DNA from: Cenarchaeum sp.
GTDB lineage: Archaea; Thermoproteota; Nitrososphaeria; Nitrososphaerales; Nitrosopumilaceae
Assembly (NCBI GenBank): GCA_963693095.2
Contig: OY843768.1
Coordinates: 608,001 to 672,000, forward strand
Length of the DNA stretch: 64,000 nt
Reading direction: 5' to 3'
A program made the position numbers and the translations under genes. The notes beneath the pieces are model-generated. The model did not search any database and was not told where the DNA came from. It saw only the letters and a program-made list of their open reading frames with translations. The first letter of the stretch is position 1; each line of letters begins with the position of its first letter. Of this stretch, positions 30,090 through 40,595 are shown piece after piece.

Positions 30090-32552
30090 ATGTGTGCCGC
30101 TGCGCTGGCCCTAGCCGTGTGCGCCGGCAGCGCGTATGGCGCGCCGGCCACGTTCATTGACGGCGTGACGTATGTCCAGTACTCTGATGACGCCGTCGCG
30201 CTAGCCGACGTGCGCGCGGGCCGGCTTGATGCGCACTATGCGGGACTGCCGCCCGAGCTCCTCGATGCTACCCTGCGCGAGGGGGTTCGAGTCTACGAGT
30301 CAAGCAGCGGCTCGTACAGCCTGCTCGTCAATCCCGCCGTCGGCGATCGCCTAAACCCGTTCTCTGATCGCACGGCCCGGCAGGCGCTCAACCTAATCGT
30401 CGATCGCGCGCTAATCGTCAATGAGCTCCTCGGCGGCCACGGGACTCCAATGTCATCGGCATACGCCCCGCATGATCCCGACTATGCGGCACTGGCAGCC
30501 GCCGGCGCGCCCGAGTTCTCCTATGATCCCGAGCTTGCCCATGACATGCTCTACGAGTCGCTTCGCCGTGCCGGCGCCGAGAGGGTTGGAGACTATTGGA
30601 CACACGACGGCGAGCGCGTTCACACGACAGTGTTCATACGCGGGGATGACCTCGTGCGCAAGTCAATAGGCGAGCTGCTCTCCCTGGAGCTCGAGCGCGC
30701 CGGAATCGAAGTAGAGCGCGAGTACGGCGACCTCAGCAAGGCGTTCTCCGTCGTGTATGGCTCTGATCCCGCCGAGCTGCGTTGGGGTGTCTACACGGAA
30801 GGGTGGGGTGGCAAGTCGGCGTTTGTCAGGTATGACCCCGTGACCCTGGCTCAGATGTATGCGCCGTGGTTCTCCTCTATGCCGGGGTTTAACGACCCGC
30901 TTTACTGGAACTATCACAACGCGACAATAGACGGGCTGACACGCGACATTTATGCCGGAAAGTTTGCAGACTCGAACGAGCGCAATGGCATGGTTCGCCG
31001 CGCCGCGCAGATGGGCGTCGAGGAGGCCGTGCGCGTGTTTCTTGCGGCCCGTGATGACCTGTATGCCGTCGGCGATAAAGTCGGGGGAATAGTCAACGAC
31101 TTTGGCGCCGGCGTTCCGTCGAGGTTTAGCGCAATAAACGCGCAGACGCCGTCCGGACACATGCGCATAGGCGTAAAGCAGGTGTACCAGGGGGCGTGGA
31201 ATCCGGTAATGGGGTTTAGTGACACGTACAGCTCGAGGGTATGGTCAACACTGTCGGATCCCGCCGTGTTTCGCAACCCATACAGCGGCTCGCCAATGCC
31301 TGTTCGGGCCACATGGGACGTGGAGACGGGTGGCCCGGACGCAAGGATCGACGTGCCGCCGTCTGCGGTCCTCTGGGACACGGCAACGCAGTCGTGGACC
31401 GGTGCGGCCGAGGGCACGACTGCGTCTAGTGCAGTGACGTTTGAGCTAGAGATGTCGCGCTGGCACAACGGTGAGATGATGGACATGCGCGATGTCATGC
31501 ACGCCGTCTACTTTGCGCTGGAATGGGGCTCAGAGGCCACGCCGGCTGACACGACGCATGACGCCGAGTATGCCTCACGCGCAGCACAGCTGGTCTCGAC
31601 GCTTCGGGGAGTCGAGCCGCTTGACGGCGACACCGTGCGCGTGTATGTGGACTATTGGCACTTTGATGAGGCAGAGATAGCCAACTGGGCCTCTGTGTGG
31701 GCACTGGTTCCCTGGGATCTCCTTGCGGGCATGGAGCGCGCAGTCTCTGCGGGCGAGGCGTCCTTTTCGCGCTCGGGGGCCGGCGCCTCTGGCGTGCCGT
31801 GGCTCTCGCTTGCGATACCGGCTGATGCCGCCATGGTCGCCAGGCATGTCTCCGAGATGGACGCCTCTGGCCATGTCCCCGGCGCCCTCGCGCAGCTCGG
31901 CGCCGATGCCGACTATGCGCGCTCTAGGTACGGCGCCACGCTTGACTGGATTGGGGAGCGCGATCATGCGGTGATATCCAATGGGCCATACGAGCTAGTG
32001 GCGTACACGCCCGAGTCGCGCACAATTGACACAGTCGCCACGCGTGACCCCTCGTACCCGTTTGGGCGTGGCCACTGGACGTGGCTTGTCGACGTCGAGC
32101 TGCCTGCCATCTCGCACGTCGACCTTCCGCTCGCAGTCGACGCGGGACTCCCGCTAGATGTCGCCGTCGAGGTTGATGCCGCCTCCGAGGTCGCGTACCT
32201 CGTCTCGGCCCACGGCGAGGCCCCTCTGCTGTCCGGGAGGCTTGATGCAAGGGACGGCTCGGCGACAGTCTCGCTCTCGGCCGAAGAGACTGCGAGCCTT
32301 GGGCGCGGAGCGCACACGCTGCGCCTGTTTGCCGTTTCAGAAACCGTGCTGCGCCCTGACACGTACTCTACTGGATTTATGGTCGTCGAGCAGGGCTCGT
32401 CGCTTCCGGACGTGGACATCTCCACCGCAACGGGCATTGCGCAGGCCGGAGACGAGGCGCCAACGCTGGCCGTGGCGCTTGCAGTTGCGGTGGGTGTGCT
32501 CGCCGTGGCGGCATGGCGAGTTCGAGCCTCGCGCGCACAGGGACACGCGTGA
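30090..32552 (+). CDS. Peptide ABC transporter substrate-binding protein (family 5) with C-terminal anchor
   Basis: Signal peptide; LNPFS...RQALN..VDR..IV.ELL.G.G; ISNGPY; C-terminal TM. Confidence 0.87.
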   Translation: MCAAALALAVCAGSAYGAPATFIDGVTYVQYSDDAVALADVRAGRLDAHYAGLPPELLDATLREGVRVYESSSGSYSLLVNPAVGDRLNPFSDRTARQALNLIVDRALIVNELLGGHGTPMSSAYAPHDPDYAALAAAGAPEFSYDPELAHDMLYESLRRAGAERVGDYWTHDGERVHTTVFIRGDDLVRKSIGELLSLELERAGIEVEREYGDLSKAFSVVYGSDPAELRWGVYTEGWGGKSAFVRYDPVTLAQMYAPWFSSMPGFNDPLYWNYHNATIDGLTRDIYAGKFADSNERNGMVRRAAQMGVEEAVRVFLAARDDLYAVGDKVGGIVNDFGAGVPSRFSAINAQTPSGHMRIGVKQVYQGAWNPVMGFSDTYSSRVWSTLSDPAVFRNPYSGSPMPVRATWDVETGGPDARIDVPPSAVLWDTATQSWTGAAEGTTASSAVTFELEMSRWHNGEMMDMRDVMHAVYFALEWGSEATPADTTHDAEYASRAAQLVSTLRGVEPLDGDTVRVYVDYWHFDEAEIANWASVWALVPWDLLAGMERAVSAGEASFSRSGAGASGVPWLSLAIPADAAMVARHVSEMDASGHVPGALAQLGADADYARSRYGATLDWIGERDHAVISNGPYELVAYTPESRTIDTVATRDPSYPFGRGHWTWLVDVELPAISHVDLPLAVDAGLPLDVAVEVDAASEVAYLVSAHGEAPLLSGRLDARDGSATVSLSAEETASLGRGAHTLRLFAVSETVLRPDTYSTGFMVVEQGSSLPDVDISTATGIAQAGDEAPTLAVALAVAVGVLAVAAWRVRASRAQGHA

Positions 32553-32558
32553 CCTATA

Positions 32559-33248
32559 TCATGTGGGCATGACGCCTGTCACAAACAGCGTGCCGGCCTC
32601 GCGGCGCCACCTCTTTGGGCTTGATGCGTCCTTTACCGTTCGTGTTCGCGTGCTCAGGCCGGCACGCCGAAATGCCGCAGCCCACTCTGGGCGTGACAGC
32701 AGGTGCATCGTTATTCCCATCTCGCGTGCCCACCAGCGTGTTGCGTGGTTCTCGGCATAAAAGTCAGTTCCGCATATGAGCGTCGCGCCGGGCGCCATGA
32801 GGCGCACAATTGCGCCGATCGCGTCCTCTACCGAGTCCGCATAGTATAGCGACTCCATGGAGAACACAATGTCAAACCTGCCGCGATACCTCCAGGACTC
32901 GACGCCTGTGGCGACATAGCGTTCGGTGCGGCGCTCGGCGAGGCGCCTGGCCTCGCGGATCATGCCAGGGCTCTTGTCGATCCCGACTGCTGCCCTGCAG
33001 AGTGGGTTTTGGGCCATGCGCCTCACGAGCCAGCCGTTGCCGCACCCCACGTCAAGAAACCGAAACGGCCCTGTGGGGCGCAGCGTGGCAAGGCGCACCT
33101 TGACGGCCCTGCCGTGCTCGCGCTCCATCTTTTCGGCCCTGCCGTTGGTGGCCCACATGTCAAAGGTCTCCTTTACGCTGCCGGCGGCGACTGCGTGGCG
33201 TCCCCCCAGTCCCCTGCACTCCTCAGAGACGCCTCTCTCCATTGCCAT
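32559..33248 (-). CDS. Class I SAM-dependent methyltransferase
   Basis: FLDVGCGNGW, GID.S..MI, FDIVFSMESLYY. Confidence 0.9.
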   Translation of the reverse strand: MAMERGVSEECRGLGGRHAVAAGSVKETFDMWATNGRAEKMEREHGRAVKVRLATLRPTGPFRFLDVGCGNGWLVRRMAQNPLCRAAVGIDKSPGMIREARRLAERRTERYVATGVESWRYRGRFDIVFSMESLYYADSVEDAIGAIVRLMAPGATLICGTDFYAENHATRWWAREMGITMHLLSRPEWAAAFRRAGLSTRTRTVKDASSPKRWRREAGTLFVTGVMPT

Positions 33249-33298
33249 GCGCGGGTGTGGACTAGGGTTTTATACCCACTTTCTGGCACTTGTGCGCG

Positions 33299-34549
33299 TT
33301 GGCTGCACGCGGGTACAGGGTTCGCAACATTGGGCTCGCCCCGCGCGGGCGCCTCTCCTACGAGTGGGCGCGCGACCACATGGTCATACTCAACAACACC
33401 ATGGCGCGCCTGCGGCGCACAAGGCCACTGCGCGGCGTGACTGTGGGATTCTGCCTTCACATCACAAAGGAGACTGCGGTTCTCCTTCTTGCCGCCCGCG
33501 AGCTTGGCGCCACCGTTGCCGCATGCGCAGGCAACCCAATGTCCACGCAGGATGACATTGCGGCGTTCCTGGCCAAGAGCGGCATCCACATGTACGCGTG
33601 GACAAACCAGACGCAAAAAGAGTATGACTCGTGCATAGCGAGCGTGCTGTCGCACAAGCCGTCGATTCTCGTCGATGACGGGGCTGACATGAACGTCATG
33701 GCCCACTTTGATCGCCGCTTTGCGGACCTTGGAATACTTGGCGCCACCGAGGAGACAACTGCCGGAGTGTCGCGCATCCGCGCAGTTGAAAAGGCAGGCC
33801 GCCTGCGCTATCCGGTGATAATAGTGAATGATGCGCACACAAAGCACCTGTTTGACAACAGGCACGGAACTGGCCAGTCAACAGTGGACGCGCTCCTCCG
33901 GTCGGCCAACCTCCTTGTGGCATCAAAGCTAGTTGTCGTGGCCGGATATGGGTGGGTCGGCCGCGGCGTTGCGGCGCGCTGCCGCGGCCTGGGCGCGCGC
34001 GTCATTGTCACCGAGACGGATCCCGTAAGGGCACTCGAGGCCCACATGGACGGCTACGAGGTGACGAAAATGGCAGATGCAGCCCGCAGGGGCGAGATCT
34101 TTGTCACGTGCACCGGACAGACTGGAATCATAACAAAAAAGCACATGGTGACTATGCGCGACGGTGCCATTCTAGCAAACGTTGGCCACTTTGACGTCGA
34201 GATCGACACAAAGTTCCTCCTTCGCCCACAGCACAAGGTCAGGGAGGTCAGGCCAAGCCTTGACGAGTGCACGATAGGCGCCAAACGCCGCATCTACCTT
34301 GTGGGCAAGGGCCGCCTCGCAAACCTCGTTGCCGCCGAGGGCCATCCGCCTGAGGTCATGGCCCAGTCGTTCTCAAACCAGCTCCTCTCGATACTTCACA
34401 TACTCAAAAACCACGAGTCAATGGAGCGCACTCTCCACCGCGTTCCCGAGGAGATTGACGTCCAAGTCGCGCGCGACGCGCTCGCGGCAATGGGCGTAAA
34501 GATAGACAACCTGACGCGCGAGCAGTCAAATTACGCAAACTCGTGGTGA
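33299..34549 (+). CDS. ahcY: S-adenosylhomocysteine hydrolase, copy 1 (canonical)
   Basis: CLHITKET, STQDD, DDGAD, EETTAG, KHLFDN, GYGWVGRG, N.GHFD.EI, GHP.EVM, C-terminal IDNLT.EQ..Y..SW. Confidence 0.95.
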   Translation: MAARGYRVRNIGLAPRGRLSYEWARDHMVILNNTMARLRRTRPLRGVTVGFCLHITKETAVLLLAARELGATVAACAGNPMSTQDDIAAFLAKSGIHMYAWTNQTQKEYDSCIASVLSHKPSILVDDGADMNVMAHFDRRFADLGILGATEETTAGVSRIRAVEKAGRLRYPVIIVNDAHTKHLFDNRHGTGQSTVDALLRSANLLVASKLVVVAGYGWVGRGVAARCRGLGARVIVTETDPVRALEAHMDGYEVTKMADAARRGEIFVTCTGQTGIITKKHMVTMRDGAILANVGHFDVEIDTKFLLRPQHKVREVRPSLDECTIGAKRRIYLVGKGRLANLVAAEGHPPEVMAQSFSNQLLSILHILKNHESMERTLHRVPEEIDVQVARDALAAMGVKIDNLTREQSNYANSW

Positions 34550-35826
34550 CCGTGGCGCGTGCGGCCGCCTCGCACATTCGCGACGCCCGCATGGGGAAGC
34601 GTGGACGGGTTTTGCACGAGTGGGCAGCATCACGGATGGGCGCGCTGCGCTGCACGTCAGGCTCGTTTGCGCGATCCATGCCGCTTGACGGCCTGACAGT
34701 CGCATTCTGCCTGCAGCTGACCGCCGAGACGTCGGTTCTCGTGCGCGAGGCGATGCGCCTGGGCGCACACGCCGTGGCGTGCGCGGGCAACCCGCACACC
34801 ACAGATGACGCAATTGCCGCACACCTTGTCTCAGAGGGCGCGACTGTCCATGCGTGGGCGGGCCAGAGCGCGCGTGAATTTCGCGCGTGCATTGCGCGCG
34901 CCATGGCCTCGTCTCCGGACATTGTCGTCGATGACGGTGGCGAGCTCTCCGCCCTTGCGCACATGCCGGGGCGCGCCCCGCCGAAAATTCTCGGCGGGAC
35001 AGAGGAGACGACAACAGGCGTGCGAAGGATGCGCGCACTCGCGCGCAAGCGCCGTCTCCATTACCCGATAATCGCAGTCAATGACTCTCGCACAAAGTCC
35101 ACGTTTGACAACGCACATGGCACAGGACAGTCAGCCGTTGATGCGCTCATGCGCTCATGCGGCCTCCTCTTTGCGCAAAAAACTATAGTCGTTGCCGGAT
35201 ATGGCCATGTTGGCCGCGGCGTTGCGGCGCGCTGTTCCGGACTGGGCGCGCGCGTCATTGTCACGGAGACTGACGCGCTTCGCGCCCTAGAGGCGCACCT
35301 TGATGGACACGAGGTCACAAGGATGGCCGACGCGGCGCGCAGGGGGGACATGTTTGTCACGTGCACAGGACAGCGTGGGGTCATCACAGCACGGCACGCC
35401 TCGCTCATGCGAGACGGCGCAGTCCTCGCAAACGTTGGGCACTTTGACGTGGAGATTGACGTCGCGGCACTGCGTGCTGCTGCGCTGCGAGCCAGGCGAC
35501 CTAGGCCAAACGTCGAGGAGCTCACCATGCGCAACGGACGCCGCATCAACATTGTGGCAGGCGGATATGTCGCAAACCTCGTTGCCGCCGAGGGCCACCC
35601 GCCTGAGATAATGGACATCTCCTTTGCAAACCAGCTCCGCTGCATCGTGCACCTTGCCCTGCACTCGGGCTCCATGGAGCCCGGCCTGCATGTAGTCCCT
35701 GTCGAGATTGACTCTCGCGTGGCCATGGACGCACTCGTTGCCGCAGGCGTGCGCATGGACACCCGTGCGCACGGCGGGGCTGAAGCTTTTAAGCGCACTA
35801 CGCGATGGGGAGACCATGGCAGATAG
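34543..35826 (+). CDS. ahcY: S-adenosylhomocysteine hydrolase paralog, copy 2 (catalytic His->Gln, altered C-terminus)
   Basis: CLQLTAET, DDGGE, EETTTG, KSTFDN, GYGHVGRG, NVGHFDVEI, GHPPEIMD.SF.NQ. Confidence 0.9.
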   Translation: MVTVARAAASHIRDARMGKRGRVLHEWAASRMGALRCTSGSFARSMPLDGLTVAFCLQLTAETSVLVREAMRLGAHAVACAGNPHTTDDAIAAHLVSEGATVHAWAGQSAREFRACIARAMASSPDIVVDDGGELSALAHMPGRAPPKILGGTEETTTGVRRMRALARKRRLHYPIIAVNDSRTKSTFDNAHGTGQSAVDALMRSCGLLFAQKTIVVAGYGHVGRGVAARCSGLGARVIVTETDALRALEAHLDGHEVTRMADAARRGDMFVTCTGQRGVITARHASLMRDGAVLANVGHFDVEIDVAALRAAALRARRPRPNVEELTMRNGRRINIVAGGYVANLVAAEGHPPEIMDISFANQLRCIVHLALHSGSMEPGLHVVPVEIDSRVAMDALVAAGVRMDTRAHGGAEAFKRTTRWGDHGR

Positions 35827-37474
35827 GGCCATACTCACAAGCGCTCTGCCGTATGCCAACGGCGAGATACACCTTGGCCACATAGCCTCGACGTACCTGC
35901 CGGCTGACGTGACGACACGGCACCTGCGGCAGCGCGGCGTCGAGGCATACTATGTGTGCGCGACTGACGACTATGGCACCCCGATACTGATCCAGTCCGA
36001 GCGCGAGGGCAAGACGCCGGCTGACTATGTTGCCGGCTGGAACACGCGCGATGCGGCGGACTTTGCGTCCCTTGACATACGCTTTGATGCGTTCTCCTCG
36101 ACGAGCAACCCGTCATGTGCGGCGTTTGTGCGCGATGTCTACTCGAGGCTTCGCGAGGCCGGCCACATCTATGAAAAGGAGGTCGTGCAGCTCTACTGTG
36201 ACAAGGACTCGATGTTCCTGCCGGATCGCTATGTGCATGGAACGTGCCCACACTGCATGGCGCCAGACCAGTACTCTGACCTGTGCGAGTCGTGCGGCAA
36301 GGTTCCGGACAACATACTTGACCCAAAGTGCTTTATCTGCGGCGCGACTCCCCAAAAGCGCTCAACGACGCACCATTTCTTTGCGTTGGGCCACTTTTCT
36401 GACTCGCTGCGCGAATGGCTAGAGGGCGCTGACGGCCTGCAGCGCGATGTCAAAAAGTACGTCCTTGACTGGATATCGCAGGGCCTGTCTGACTGGGATA
36501 TCACGCGCGACATATCCTGGGGAGTGAGCATCCCTGGCGACGAAAAGCGCGTCTTTTACGGATGGTTTGACAACCACCTTGCGTACATATCGGCCACGCT
36601 CTCGGCCCTCGAGGAGCGCGGAATCGACGGCAAGGAGTTCTGGAACTCGGCTGACGTCTACCACTTTATCGGAAAGGACATCGTGTACCACCACTTTCTG
36701 TTCCTGCCGGCAGTCAGAATGGGCATTGGGGGCGAGTTCAAGCTTCCGGACCACATGCCCGTTCGTGGACACCTCACGCTCGGCGGAAAAAAGATATCAA
36801 AGAGCCGCGGATGGTACATATCAATTCGGGACTTTTTGTCGCACTATCCGGCAGACTATCTGCGGTTTTACCTCCTCCTTGCCGCCCCCTACTCGCAAGA
36901 CGACCTCAACTTTGACTGGGACGACTTTGCGCTACGCATAAACAAAGAGCTAGTCGGCAACATCGGCAACTTTGTCCACCGCACGCTCTCGTTCACGGGC
37001 AAGTCCTTTGACGGGCGCGTGCCGCAGCCTGGATCCGAGTCTGAGGCAGACGGGTCTGCGCGCGCCCAGATCGAGGGGTTGGCCGCCAGGGTCGGCGAGC
37101 TTGCCAGTGTCGGCCACCTTGATCGCGCGCTCAAGGAGATACTGGCATTCTCTGCGCACTTTAACCAGTACTTTCAGCACTGTGAGCCCTGGAAGGGCGG
37201 CCCCGGCGCGCCGACCTGCCTGTACCTGTCGGCAAATGCGGTTCGGAGCCTCGCCATTGCGCTGTGCGCGTTCGTGCCGTCCTCTGCGCAGCGTATGTGG
37301 GAGCAGCTTGGAGAGACGGGCAGCGTTTCAGGACAGAGATGGGAGTCGGCCTCCGAGATCTCCCTTGGTGTCGGACACGCGATAGGCACCCCTAGCGCGC
37401 TCTTTGCAAAGGTTGATGCCACCGAGATTGATGGCCTAAAGGCATCCCTTGTGGGCAACGCGCACCCTGCGTGA
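35816..37474 (+). CDS. metG: Methionine--tRNA ligase
   Basis: TSALPYANG.IHLGH, Zn knuckles, WDITRD..WG, FIGKDI, KISKS. Confidence 0.97.
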   Translation: MADRAILTSALPYANGEIHLGHIASTYLPADVTTRHLRQRGVEAYYVCATDDYGTPILIQSEREGKTPADYVAGWNTRDAADFASLDIRFDAFSSTSNPSCAAFVRDVYSRLREAGHIYEKEVVQLYCDKDSMFLPDRYVHGTCPHCMAPDQYSDLCESCGKVPDNILDPKCFICGATPQKRSTTHHFFALGHFSDSLREWLEGADGLQRDVKKYVLDWISQGLSDWDITRDISWGVSIPGDEKRVFYGWFDNHLAYISATLSALEERGIDGKEFWNSADVYHFIGKDIVYHHFLFLPAVRMGIGGEFKLPDHMPVRGHLTLGGKKISKSRGWYISIRDFLSHYPADYLRFYLLLAAPYSQDDLNFDWDDFALRINKELVGNIGNFVHRTLSFTGKSFDGRVPQPGSESEADGSARAQIEGLAARVGELASVGHLDRALKEILAFSAHFNQYFQHCEPWKGGPGAPTCLYLSANAVRSLAIALCAFVPSSAQRMWEQLGETGSVSGQRWESASEISLGVGHAIGTPSALFAKVDATEIDGLKASLVGNAHPA

Positions 37475-37628
37475 GGGGCGGCATATATGGTGGCCGTGCC
37501 TGCATACGTGCCTGAATTGCTGCTTGATCTGTACGGTGACGGAACACTATTTTACATAACCGTGCGATGATTACGTGCTGATCTCCACACTTCATTTATT
37601 ATCGGGCATCTCGCCATCATTGGACGCA

Positions 37629-38435
37629 ATGACAGCAAGGAGGAAGCGACAGAGTGCCGCACGCCAGACCAGGCGCGCCATCCCGCGTATATCCACCCGT
37701 GGAACGTATGACCTGAGGACAGGCGCTGACCTCAAGCGCGCATCACGCTACACCGTCTGGCCCAGGGCAAAATTTGGCGCAACTGCGGCCGTGTCGCCCG
37801 AGATCGCCATTGTTGTCCATGGCATGAGAAACAACCGTGCCGGAGCCGCCGAAAAGTTTGCAATCGCGCAGAGGCGCCTGCGCTCCCTGGGATACAAGTT
37901 TCCCATAGTGGGGTACACGTATGACGCTGACGTCCGTGGCGCACACTCGGCAGCCACGGAGGCCAGGGCACTTCGCACTGCCGAGGCAATAGCGGTGCGC
38001 AACGGCCGGCACCTCGCGGCGTTCATTGCCGACCACGTGGCGGCGCACCCCCATGTGCGCATCCGCCTCATTGGCCACTCGCTCGGATCGCTGGTAATAG
38101 ACAGCGCGCTGCGCCGCCTCGACTCCCTAAAGGCAGGAGCCAACGCAGTGGAGAGCGTTCACCTCTTTGGGGCATCACTCGGGGCAGCGCGCGCCGCCTC
38201 TGCACAGTCGAGACACGCAGTCAGGCGCGTCGTGCGCCGCCGTCTAGTCAACTGCTACTGCCCGACTGACGAGGTCCTGCGCCACTCTGCAGACGCCGGT
38301 GACATTGATGCGCCAGTTGGCCTTGCGGGACTGCCGACACCGCGCAGGCTGCCTGCACACTATGCGCAGCGGCGCCTACATCCGCGCAACCACAGGTTTG
38401 CAAGCTATGTGGCCGCATTGCGCTCGTTTCCATGA
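37629..38435 (+). CDS. Alpha/beta hydrolase (DUF900/DUF726-like)
   Basis: IVVHG, nucleophile elbow IGHSLG, VHLFGA, N.Y...D.VL. Confidence 0.8.
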   Translation: MTARRKRQSAARQTRRAIPRISTRGTYDLRTGADLKRASRYTVWPRAKFGATAAVSPEIAIVVHGMRNNRAGAAEKFAIAQRRLRSLGYKFPIVGYTYDADVRGAHSAATEARALRTAEAIAVRNGRHLAAFIADHVAAHPHVRIRLIGHSLGSLVIDSALRRLDSLKAGANAVESVHLFGASLGAARAASAQSRHAVRRVVRRRLVNCYCPTDEVLRHSADAGDIDAPVGLAGLPTPRRLPAHYAQRRLHPRNHRFASYVAALRSFP

Positions 38436-38441
38436 TGCGCG

Positions 38442-39464
38442 CTAGAACCACTTGTCAAGGTTGTTCGCCTGCCTCTCCTTGGCCTTTTGCAGCCTCGAGA
38501 GCGATGCGGACACCCTATCCTCTGAAAAGCTCCGCTCGCCGGCAAGGTATGCGACTATGGCCTTGACGTCAACGTCACCGGGGCTCAGGTCAGCCTCGCA
38601 CGCCTCGGGCTCATCGAGGAATATCTTTCGTATTGCGCCATGGTCAATCCCCGCAAGCTCGTCGGCGATGCTTGGGATGTCCTCGAGGCGCCCGTGCTCC
38701 TTGATGAGCTTTATTGCCGTCTTTGGCCCAATTCTTGTAAACCCGTCAGGGTTAAAGTCAGTCCCAACGAGTATTCCGACGTCCACTAGCTGCTCGCGCG
38801 TTATTCCCAGCGAGTCAAGCGTCTTTTGTGAGCTTATCGTCTCTATCTCGACGTCAACGTACGTGTTCCGGTTTGGCAGCTTGCGCCTCCCGCTCAGGCT
38901 AAAGTTCCTCACGAGGCGTGTTGCGCCAAAGAGCACAGAGTCATAGTCCTGGCTTGCCGACGCGTGCGCCTGGCCTGTTCTTGTCAGGTGCGCGGCAAAT
39001 GCCTCGCCCTCTGAAGGCGCCTCCACGCACGGTATGCCAAACATTCCGAGCAGCTTTTTTGCGTCAACGACCATCTCGTCCCGCATGGCCGTCGTCTGCT
39101 GCGCGTACTTTTTGGCCGACTCCATGTCGCCCTCACGCACGGCCTTTTCGTACTTTATGGCCGCATCCTTTTTTGCGCTGCGCCTCCTCTCTATCTCGGC
39201 GGCCTTTAGAGACGGTGGCCTGCCGTCAAAGACGTACACGGGCTTGACCCCGTGGGAGAGGAACTTTACGTTTCGATAGAACAGGCCGGCGAGGTGGCTT
39301 GTCGTGCGTCCGCGCGCGTCTGCCAGCGGCGCGCCGTCGGCTCCGCGTATGGACGCCATGAACTGGTACATTGCATTGTATGCGTCAATGGCCACGGTCT
39401 TTGACATGAACGCCTCCATGCTCGACTTTTCCCTGACTATCAGGGGCTTTAGGTCAAGGCCCAT
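38442..39464 (-). CDS. fen: Flap endonuclease 1
   Basis: AIDAYN..YQF, TSHL.G.FYR, APSEGEA, SQDYD, GTDFN..G..IGPKTA, C-terminal PIP box Q.NLDKWF. Confidence 0.97.
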   Translation of the reverse strand: MGLDLKPLIVREKSSMEAFMSKTVAIDAYNAMYQFMASIRGADGAPLADARGRTTSHLAGLFYRNVKFLSHGVKPVYVFDGRPPSLKAAEIERRRSAKKDAAIKYEKAVREGDMESAKKYAQQTTAMRDEMVVDAKKLLGMFGIPCVEAPSEGEAFAAHLTRTGQAHASASQDYDSVLFGATRLVRNFSLSGRRKLPNRNTYVDVEIETISSQKTLDSLGITREQLVDVGILVGTDFNPDGFTRIGPKTAIKLIKEHGRLEDIPSIADELAGIDHGAIRKIFLDEPEACEADLSPGDVDVKAIVAYLAGERSFSEDRVSASLSRLQKAKERQANNLDKWF

Positions 39465-39619
39465 GCGCGCGGCCCCGGCGCTGTCCTAATTTGTGTATGT
39501 CGGCGAGGCCGTGATTGGATCCCCCATGTGGGCCGCGTGCGCCCCCTGGCGCGCCCAGTCTGCACCCATGCGTAAGGCAGGCGCCTTTCTATATTAAGGA
39601 GTGCGCAGGCGTGCGGCAC

Positions 39620-39718
39620 GCCGGGTTAGCCAAGTGGTTACGGCGATCGCCTCGAGATCCAACAGGTGAGCGATTGCGCTTACGGCGCGCAAGGGTTCGA
39701 ATCCCTTACCCGGCGCCA
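39620..39718 (+). tRNA. tRNA-Ser(CGA) with a 12-nt intron at 37/38 (39657-39668) and encoded CCA
   Basis: Acceptor GCCGGGT/ACCCGGC, anticodon stem ATCGC/GCGAT, CT-CGA-G, long variable arm, GGTTCGAATCC. Confidence 0.92.
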
Positions 39719-39746
39719 ACCAATTCTGGCCTGGGATCATGTGTTT

Positions 39747-39823
39747 TGGTGCCGGGGGCGGGACTTGAACGCGCGACAGCTCGGTCTTCAGCCGAGTGCT
39801 CTCCCGGGCTGAGCTACCCCGGC
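39747..39823 (-). tRNA. tRNA-Phe(GAA) with encoded CCA
   Basis: Reverse complement GCCGGGGTAGCTCAG..CTCGG-CTGAAGA-CCGAG..GTTCAAGTC..CCCCGGCACCA. Confidence 0.93.
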
Positions 39824-39852
39824 ACGTGTCCACACACGCCAGGCAGGCGTGA

Positions 39853-40395
39853 TTAAAGTGTGTCTTTGGCGCTCCACGTGCGCTCGGCGCACCCATCGGC
39901 GGTGTTGGCCGCGCGCGCCATGACAAAGAGGAGGTCTGATGCCCTGTTGATGTATGCGAGGCACTCCTTGCGGGCGCCCCTGTGCTCTAGCCCAACGGTG
40001 AGCGTCTCGGCGCGACGCATGACCGTCCTTGCGAGGTGGAGGTGGGCGGCTGCAACACTGCCGCCGGGGAGGACAAAGTTGGAGAGCGGCTCGAGTCCCC
40101 CGTCGAGCTCGTCGATGAACTCTTCAAGCCGGCTCACCATTGCGCCACTGACGAACACCTTGCCCTCGCCCTTCTCGTCTGCCAGGTCTGCGCCGACTGT
40201 GAGCATGTCGGCCTGCATTATGGTGAGCATCTTGGCGAGCCTTTTGCCCACGCCGTGCGATATGGCCACGCCGATGGCAGCGCTGGCCTCATCTACTGCG
40301 CCATAGGCCATGACGAGCGGGTCTGACTTTGAGACGCGCGTGCCGCCTGACAGGGCCGTCTCGCCCGAGTCGCCCGTGCGTGTGTATATGCGCAT
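39853..40395 (-). CDS. Cob(I)alamin adenosyltransferase, PduO type
   Basis: MRIYTRTGD.G.T, AYG.VDE, FVLPGG, HLART..RRAE, YINR.SD.LF..AR. Confidence 0.95.
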   Translation of the reverse strand: MRIYTRTGDSGETALSGGTRVSKSDPLVMAYGAVDEASAAIGVAISHGVGKRLAKMLTIMQADMLTVGADLADEKGEGKVFVSGAMVSRLEEFIDELDGGLEPLSNFVLPGGSVAAAHLHLARTVMRRAETLTVGLEHRGARKECLAYINRASDLLFVMARAANTADGCAERTWSAKDTL

Positions 40396-40469
40396 TGTCG
40401 CGCCTGCGCGCGTGCCCTGTATTATGGATTTTGAATCCTTTAATACGGGACCGTGCGCAAGGCGGCACG

Positions 40470-40595
40470 ATGGAGCCAAAGACCAAGTGTCCCTACTGTG
40501 ACTCGGAGTTTGATGACAAGGATGAGCTCTCGCGGCATATCGACAAGATACACCACGGAAGCGGTCTGCTTGAGGGAGACACGAGAAAGTACTGA
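40470..40595 (+). CDS. Small C2H2 zinc-finger protein
   Basis: MEPKTKCPYCDSEF....ELSRHIDKIH; TTTAATA ~25 nt upstream. Confidence 0.85.
   Translation: MEPKTKCPYCDSEFDDKDELSRHIDKIHHGSGLLEGDTRKY

Noticed and set aside
39718-39853. Integrated element at the tRNAs
   Set aside because: No integrase, no duplicated tRNA 3' end noticed and no GC shift nearby
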